A DNA stretch of 13,179 bases, taken from NCBI GenBank assembly GCA_040756235.1, contig JBFLZG010000085.1:1-13179 (forward strand), given 5' to 3'. The notes below the pieces were generated by a model, which was not told the DNA's origin, searched no databases, and saw only the letters and a program-made list of their open reading frames with translations. Below, one piece after another: positions 7,696 through 13,179 of the stretch (positions are counted from its first letter, which is position 1; every line of letters starts with the position of its first letter). Position numbers and translations under genes: made by a program. The DNA comes from a bacterium (GTDB lineage Bacteria > Desulfobacterota > DSWW01).

Positions 7696-8826
7696 ATGAA
7701 GTTCCTTCACACCGCCGACTGGCAGATTGGCATGAAGGCGGTCTTCGCAGGGAAGGCCGGCCCGAGGGTCCGGGAGGCGCGGCTCGAGGCGGCGCGTCAG
7801 ATCGTGGAAGAGGCGAACCGGCGGGGGGTGGAATTCCTCGTGCTCGCCGGCGACACTTTCGAAGACAACGGCGTGGACCGTGCGCTCGTTCAGAAGGTTG
7901 CCGACCTCCTGGCACGTTTCAACGGGCCCGCCTTCGTGATACCGGGCAATCACGACCCCTTGGTCCCCGGCAGCGTCTGGGAGCACGCGGCCTGGAAGGA
8001 GAACGGCCGCGTCCGGGTCCTGACCGAGCCGAAGCCCCTGGAAGTCCCGGGCGGCACGCTCTACCCGTGCCCGGTCGTGGCCAGGCACTCGGCCAAAGAT
8101 CCGACCGCCTGGATCCAGGCCCGGGACGACAAGGGGATCCGGGTGGGGCTTGCCCACGGGACCGTGGAGGGCATCCGGCAGGACGAGCCGGACTATCCGG
8201 TCCCCAGGGATGCGCCCGACCGGGCCGGCCTCGATTACCTGGCACTGGGGCACTGGCACTCGACCGCGGTCTACCCGGATGCGTCCGGGGCGGTGCGCCT
8301 GGCCTATTCCGGGACCCCGGAACCGACCGGATTCGGCGAGCGGGCCAGCGGCCGCGTGCTCATGGTCGAGATCGACGGGCACGGCGCGCCGCCGTCCGCT
8401 ACGGAGATCCGCACGAGCCGCCTGCATTGGGTGAGCCTGGCGGAAGAGCTCAGCGGGGACGGAGACCTCGTCAGGGTGCGGAAGCGGATCGAGGCCTTGG
8501 AGGCTCCCCATGAAACGCTGCTGGCGCTGCGTCTGAGCGGGCTTCTCTCCGCTGGGGAGCGAGCGGAGCTGGAACGGCTCCAGGAAGTCGTGGGCTCGCG
8601 CTTCCTGTTCGGGAATCTCGACCTCGTCCGGTTGCGGCCCGCCCCCGGGGACGAGCGCTGGGTCGAGGAGCTTCCGGACGGCTTCCTCCGCGAAGCCGCG
8701 GGCCGCCTGAGGGACTGGAGCCATCCGCTGTTTGCCGGGCCTCGGCCGGAAGGGGCCTCCCCCGAGGTGGCGGCGCGGGCCCTGCTGGAGCTCTGCGCGC
8801 TCGCTCAAAAGGAGGCCCCGGCATGA
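7696..8826 (+). CDS. Mre11/SbcD-family metallophosphoesterase DNA nuclease (YhaO-like), 376 aa
   Basis: Motifs FLHTADWQIG, LAGDTFE, IPGNHDP, LAHG, YLALGHWHS and YSGTPEP. ATG at 7696 follows GGGGAG; the stop overlaps the next start (ATGA). Confidence 0.93.
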   Translation: MKFLHTADWQIGMKAVFAGKAGPRVREARLEAARQIVEEANRRGVEFLVLAGDTFEDNGVDRALVQKVADLLARFNGPAFVIPGNHDPLVPGSVWEHAAWKENGRVRVLTEPKPLEVPGGTLYPCPVVARHSAKDPTAWIQARDDKGIRVGLAHGTVEGIRQDEPDYPVPRDAPDRAGLDYLALGHWHSTAVYPDASGAVRLAYSGTPEPTGFGERASGRVLMVEIDGHGAPPSATEIRTSRLHWVSLAEELSGDGDLVRVRKRIEALEAPHETLLALRLSGLLSAGERAELERLQEVVGSRFLFGNLDLVRLRPAPGDERWVEELPDGFLREAAGRLRDWSHPLFAGPRPEGASPEVAARALLELCALAQKEAPA

Positions 8827-11534
8827 TCCTGCGATCCCTGGAGGTGCAAGGCTGGAGATGCTTTGCCCGGATCGTGCGAGTGGGACCTTTTGCGGAAGGG
8901 GTCAACGTCGTGCACGCGCCGAACGCGACGGGCAAGTCCTCGCTCCTGGCGGCCCTCGTACGAGGGCTGTTCGACAGCCATCGGGTGCGCGGGCAGGACG
9001 TGGACGCTCTTCGCCCCTGGGGCCGCTCGCTCGCACCCGCGGTCTCTCTCGAGTTTGGCCACGGCGGGAGCGTGTATCGGCTGGTCAAGCGGTTTCTCGA
9101 CCAGCCCTCTTCGACGCTCTCCCGGCAGGAGAACGGGAGATTCGTCCCCCTGGCCGAGGGCGAGTCCGCCGACGATCGGGTGCGCAGGCTTCTGGCCGCC
9201 TCTCAGCCCGGCAGAGGGCTTTCCAGGCCTGCCCACTGGGGCCTCGCCCAGGTGCTCTGCGTGCCGCAGGGCCAGCTGGCTTTCGAGGGGCTCTCGGGCG
9301 ACCTGGTGGCCGGCATTCAGCATTCCCTGGGCGCGCAGGCAGCCGGACCCGAGGCCGGACCGCTGGAGGATCGGCTCGAAGCTCTCTATGGCCGGTACTT
9401 CACGCGAGGCGGCAAGCTCCGTTCCGGGAAAGAGGCCCCTGAACCCGTGGCCCTGGCGGAGCGCCTGGCGGCGCTTCGCGGCCGGAGGCAGCTCCTTCTG
9501 GCAGCGATGGACAGGTTCGAAGAGGCGAGCCGGCGCGTCGAGGATCTCTGTGCCTGCAGGGCTCAGGCCAAGCGGGAAGCCGAGGCCCTGGAGAAGGAGC
9601 TGCGCGAGGCGCGGGCCGGGGCCCTCTCCTACGTGGCGCTGGTGGAGCAACGCAAGACTCGACAAGCTCAGCTCAACTCGGCAGAGGCCCGCTACGGCGG
9701 GTTGAGCGGGCAGATCGAAGCCATTCGCAAGGCCAGGCAGGATCTCGAAGTCACGAGAGGAGAGGTCGCGCGCCTGCAGGCCGACCGGCCGGCCCAGGCG
9801 AAGGAGGTCGAGACCTTCGAAGTGCTCTCCGAGAAGGCCAGGTCCAGGCTCGAAGAGATCCGCGGTGAGCGCCGGGAGGTGAAGGCGAGGTGGCGGGAAG
9901 TCGAGCTTGCACAACGCTTCTCCGACGCAAGGGACAGGTCGATCCGAGCGCAGGAGCTGCGCTCGAAGATCGCTGCGGCGGAGCGCGACATCCGGGAAGG
10001 ACGCAAGGCATTTCTGGAGATCGCGGCCCCGGACGCGACCGCCTTGCGCGCCATCCGCAAGGCCGTGAAAGCCAGGGACGATGCCCAGGTTCGGCTGGAC
10101 GCGGCGCTCATCACGCTGGAGATCGTGCCCAAAGAGGCCGCGGCCCTGGAGGTCCTGTCTGCCGAGGAGACGGGGCGCAGAGAGTTGTTGCCGGAGAGGG
10201 CGGTCGCCATCAAGGGTGCCCCGGAGGTCGTGGTCGATTGGCCCGGCGTGGCTCGGATCCGCGCCCGGGGGCCGACAGGATCGGTGGGAGAGCTGCGGGA
10301 TGAAGTGGAAAAGGCTGCGCGCGCGATCGAGAAGCTCAGCCGCGGGCTCGGGACCTCACAGCTCGACGAGCTCGAGCAACGCTACGAGAGAGCCTCCGCT
10401 CTGAGCGGAGAAGTCGCCGAAGCGGCGAGCCGGCTCGAGACCCTGCTCGGCGGCAAGTCGGCCGTCGAGATCGAGGAAGAGCGGACCCGATCTGCACAGA
10501 TCATGGAGGAGATCCTGGAGGTGCACCCGGGCTGGCGCAACGCCCCGCCCCAGGTGGAGGTCCTTCGTTCGGAGGCCAAGGCGATCGACCGGAGCTTCGT
10601 GGGGCGTGTCGAGGAGGCGGAGAAGGAGCGCGACTCCCTTCAGGAGAAGCTCGCTGCCGCGGTCAGGAGGCGGCACGCCCTCGAGTCGGAGCTTGCCAGC
10701 GCAGAGCGTGCCCTCAGCACCTGCACCGAGCGCCTGGCGGATCTCGAGAAGGACGGCCGCTCGGAGTCGGACCGGAACGATGAGGTCAGGAGGCTCGCCC
10801 TCGAGTGGGAGGGGGCTCGGGCAGCCCTTGCCGAGGTCGAGGGGGCCATCCAGTCTTTTCCTGATGACCCGCGCTCCGTGGCGGAAAAGTTGGAAAGGCA
10901 GCTCGACGCGCAGCTCCGGGCGGCGACCGACGCTCTGGAAAAGCAGAAGGCCGAGGAGGGCAAGCTCGCGCAGCTGGCCTCCGAGGGGCCCTACTCGGCG
11001 CTTGCCTGCCTGGAGGAGGAGATCGTCTCTCTCGAGAAGGAGGCGGCCGACCAGAGGCTGCGCATGGACGCGGTCCGGCTTCTCCATGATACGGTCGGTG
11101 CCTGCAAGTCGGAGATGCTTGCAGCGGTTTCGAGCCCTGTCGAGGAACGGGCGACCCGGATCCTCAAGCGCATCGCCGGTACGCGCGCGGGGCGCGTGCG
11201 ACTGGCGGAATCGTTCGCCTTGCGGGGGGTTGTCCCCAAGTGCCTCGAAGACCAGGAGGTGCCCTGCCAGGAGCTCTCGGGCGGCGAGAAGGAGCAGATC
11301 CATCTGGCGGTGCGGCTTGCGCTGGCCGACGTCCTGGCCGGGGAGGAGCGCCAGCTCCTGGTCCTGGACGACGTGCTTACGGCGACCGACACGGGCCGGT
11401 TCGCCCGCATCCTCTCGATCCTGGAGGAAGTCTCCCAGAAGCTGCAGCTCCTGGTCTTCACCTGCCATCCGGAGCGTTACCGGGGCCTGGCCGAGGCGCG
11501 CTTTTTCGATCTGGAGGAGCTCGCCGCTCCGTAG
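8823..11534 (+). CDS. SMC/Rad50-like coiled-coil ABC ATPase (YhaN/SbcE-like), 903 aa
   Basis: Walker A APNATGKSS, Q-loop VPQG, long coiled coils, signature LSGGE, Walker B LLVLDD and H-loop FTCH. Coupled to the upstream nuclease. Confidence 0.9.
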   Translation: MILRSLEVQGWRCFARIVRVGPFAEGVNVVHAPNATGKSSLLAALVRGLFDSHRVRGQDVDALRPWGRSLAPAVSLEFGHGGSVYRLVKRFLDQPSSTLSRQENGRFVPLAEGESADDRVRRLLAASQPGRGLSRPAHWGLAQVLCVPQGQLAFEGLSGDLVAGIQHSLGAQAAGPEAGPLEDRLEALYGRYFTRGGKLRSGKEAPEPVALAERLAALRGRRQLLLAAMDRFEEASRRVEDLCACRAQAKREAEALEKELREARAGALSYVALVEQRKTRQAQLNSAEARYGGLSGQIEAIRKARQDLEVTRGEVARLQADRPAQAKEVETFEVLSEKARSRLEEIRGERREVKARWREVELAQRFSDARDRSIRAQELRSKIAAAERDIREGRKAFLEIAAPDATALRAIRKAVKARDDAQVRLDAALITLEIVPKEAAALEVLSAEETGRRELLPERAVAIKGAPEVVVDWPGVARIRARGPTGSVGELRDEVEKAARAIEKLSRGLGTSQLDELEQRYERASALSGEVAEAASRLETLLGGKSAVEIEEERTRSAQIMEEILEVHPGWRNAPPQVEVLRSEAKAIDRSFVGRVEEAEKERDSLQEKLAAAVRRRHALESELASAERALSTCTERLADLEKDGRSESDRNDEVRRLALEWEGARAALAEVEGAIQSFPDDPRSVAEKLERQLDAQLRAATDALEKQKAEEGKLAQLASEGPYSALACLEEEIVSLEKEAADQRLRMDAVRLLHDTVGACKSEMLAAVSSPVEERATRILKRIAGTRAGRVRLAESFALRGVVPKCLEDQEVPCQELSGGEKEQIHLAVRLALADVLAGEERQLLVLDDVLTATDTGRFARILSILEEVSQKLQLLVFTCHPERYRGLAEARFFDLEELAAP

Positions 11535-11556
11535 GGGCGCCCGGCGGTCGTCCTAC
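11531..11556. repeat. Degenerate GTAG-type REP-like palindrome (copy 1)
   Basis: GTAGGGGCGCCCGGCGGTCGTCCTAC is an imperfect inverted repeat and shares GTAGGGGCG...CCTAC with the copy at 12172-12198. Confidence 0.6.
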
Positions 11557-12152
11557 CCGGGCTTTTTCTTGAGGAGGTTTTCGCGCGTCTCGTCTATGTT
11601 CCACGGGTGGAGGGGCTTGCACAGGATCTCGTGGACCCTCAGTTTCTTCAAATTCTGGGAAGAAGACGCCTGCATGACCAGGGCCGTGTCCGATCCCCGG
11701 CCGGTGCCGGCCATTGCGATGACGGTCTCCCCTTTGGTCAAGAGCCCTGCATCGGTCGCCATGAGCACCATCTCGAAGCATACCTTGGTCCCCTGGCTGA
11801 AGCACCGCAGCAGGTTGGCCATCACGCTGGCGTGGTTCGTACCGTAGAAATCGTCCGTGTGGAACAGCATGGTGCCGAAGTGCACCTCGTGCCCGGACGC
11901 CTTCAGGGTCGACACCAGCTCCGGAGGGAACGGGTTCGTGTCTCTGCGGAAGTCGAACTGGTGCGGCATCACGATCAGCTTGACGTCCGTTCCCTTGAAG
12001 AATTCGAGCGCCTTCTGGGCCGTGGCGCCGGTCGTTGACGCCACAACCAGTTTCCGGATGCCCAGGGGCTTCAGGCGCTCCTTGACCAGCCCGAAAGTGA
12101 CCTCGGTGTTCTCGGGCCTCACCTGCTCGAAGTAAACGACTTTGCTCTCCAT
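11553..12152 (-). CDS. Pyruvate kinase C-terminal (alpha/beta)-like domain protein (COG1751/MTH1675-like), 199 aa
   Basis: VYFE...ENTE, KLVVASTTGATA, LRCFSQGTKVCFEMVLMATDAG, IAMAGTGRGSDTALV and EILCKP match this family from recall. GAGG RBS upstream. Confidence 0.85.
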   Translation of the reverse strand: MESKVVYFEQVRPENTEVTFGLVKERLKPLGIRKLVVASTTGATAQKALEFFKGTDVKLIVMPHQFDFRRDTNPFPPELVSTLKASGHEVHFGTMLFHTDDFYGTNHASVMANLLRCFSQGTKVCFEMVLMATDAGLLTKGETVIAMAGTGRGSDTALVMQASSSQNLKKLRVHEILCKPLHPWNIDETRENLLKKKPG

Positions 12153-12167
12153 GGGATCTGCCTCGCT

Positions 12168-12202
12168 ATGCGTAGGGGCGACCGACGGCCGCCCCTACGC
12201 AT
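12168..12202. repeat. GTAG-type REP-like palindrome (copy 2)
   Basis: Perfect 13-bp stem ATGCGTAGGGGCG (12168-12180) / CGCCCCTACGCAT (12190-12202) with a 9-nt centre ACCGACGGC. Confidence 0.7.
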
Positions 12203-12385
12203 GTGTTCTCTCGCACACCGAGAATCTGTGACCCCCAGCGCTTTATCATGGGGTTCGAGCGTCGTCAAGAAATCCGCAGGGGCGAGCGCCGCTCGCTCTC
12301 CCCGGGTCCAAAGAACCGCATCGGAGCGCGTCCTTGCCTGCTCCCGCGACATCCAAGCATAAAAAGTCCAGAGGAGGTGTCGCAC

Positions 12386-12955
12386 ATGGACAAGACCGTT
12401 TCTTGGGAGACGGAATGGAACACGGCCCTGAAGAGGGCCCAAGCCGAGAACAAGCCGGTGCTGCTCGACTTCTTCAACCCGAACTGAATCGGCTGCAAGC
12501 AGATGGATGCGGTTTCGTATCCAAAGCCTGAGGTGGTGAAGTTCATCCAGCAGGAGCTCGTTGCCCTGCGCGTGCCGTCCGACTCCAAGCCGCTCTCCGT
12601 CGAATTCAACGTGCAGTGGACCCCCACCCTCATCGTCCTGGATCCGGAAGGAAAGGAGCACCGGCGGACCCTGGGCTTCCTGCCGCCCGAGGAGCTGATC
12701 CCTTCCCTGATGCTGGGGATCGCAAAGATCCATTTCGACCAGGGAAGGTACGCTGAAGCCCTCTCAAAGCTCGAGAGATTGCTGGCCGAGTACCCGAGGA
12801 GCCACTCCGCGGCAGAGGCGGTGTACCTGAGGGGCGTGAGCGGGTACAAGCAATCGCACGATGCCAAGCGGCTCAAGGAGGCCTACGAGCGGCTCACGGC
12901 CGAGTATCCCTCCAGCGAATGGGCACATCGGGCGGCTCCGTACGGGCTCCTTTGA
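12386..12955 (+). CDS. Selenocysteine-containing thioredoxin-family protein with a C-terminal TPR-like domain (UIGC active site), 189 aa
   Basis: GGAGG precedes ATG 12386. The frame reads MDKTVSWETEWNTALKRAQAENKPVLLDFFNPN-TGA-IGCKQMDAVSYP and continues into ORF 12503-12955 (cis-Pro motif WTPT, then TPR-like helices). The TGA occupies the first Cys position of the CxxC motif, and a SECIS-like hairpin follows. Confidence 0.9.
12488..12528 (+). promoter_or_regulatory. Bacterial SECIS-like element
   Basis: Stem TGGATGCG (12504-12511) / CGTATCCA (12516-12523) has 8 bp with one G-U pair. The GTTT apical loop starts 24 nt after the TGA. A possible lower stem is GGCT (12491-12494) / AGCC (12525-12528). 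Confidence 0.78.
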
Positions 12956-12993
12956 GCCGGGTTGCCATCGAGCACGAGCAGGGCGACCGCCCC

Positions 12994-13179
12994 ATGAGGA
13001 TCGTAATCCTGGGCGCAGGGTTCGCCGGCACCTATCTGGCCGCCCACCTGCCCGGAAGGCTCGAGGGGCTCAGGGTCCGCGGACTTCTCGGCTGGGTGGC
13101 CTGGAAGCTCACCGACCTCAAGCACCTGCTGAGCATCGGTCTCTCGCTCAGGGCCTTCCTGGACGGGTTCTTCGATATC
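12994..13179 (+). pseudogene. Probable internally deleted type II NADH dehydrogenase-like ORF (runs off the window edge)
   Basis: Translates as MRIVILGAGFAGTYLAAHLPGRLEGLRVRGLLGWVAWKLTDLKHLLSIGLSLRAFLDGFFDI, i.e. an N-terminal GxGxxG motif directly followed by a GxxxWxxW segment typical of the NDH-2 C-terminus. Confidence 0.55.

Noticed and set aside
7624..11847. Several 200-410 aa alternative-frame or antisense ORFs over the nuclease/ATPase pair
   Set aside because: They are low-complexity Arg/Pro/Ser-rich or antisense translations overlapping well-supported genes.
12485..12487. Genome-wide TGA reassignment to Trp or Gly
   Set aside because: Other genes here end with TGA at the expected family C-termini (hydratase, BBE oxidase, nuclease), and Trp is encoded by TGG.
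12203..12955. Two separate genes (94 aa and 150 aa), or a nonsense pseudogene
   Set aside because: The TGA falls exactly on the catalytic position of a CxxC motif and is followed by a SECIS-like hairpin, and no other lesions are present. One recoded CDS from 12386 is more parsimonious.

Overview
High-GC bacterial window, with gene content suggesting an anaerobic Deltaproteobacteria/Desulfobacterota-like organism (inference). In order it holds: a minus-strand phytoene-desaturase-family FAD oxidoreductase and enoyl-CoA hydratase pair behind a long, structured leader; a cupin-like protein; a secreted multidomain protein with a C-terminal anchor; a BBE/VAO-type FAD-linked oxidase; a translationally coupled Mre11/SbcD-like nuclease and hook-less SMC-like ATPase pair (YhaO/YhaN type); and a pyruvate-kinase-C-terminal-like gene bracketed by two GTAG...CTAC REP-like palindromes. 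The main result is a probable selenoprotein that the ORF track splits in two: a thioredoxin-TPR fusion with a UxxC active site (in-frame TGA at 12485-12487) and a well-formed bacterial SECIS-like hairpin just downstream. The window ends in a short ORF that looks like the N- and C-termini of a type II NADH dehydrogenase joined with the middle deleted.
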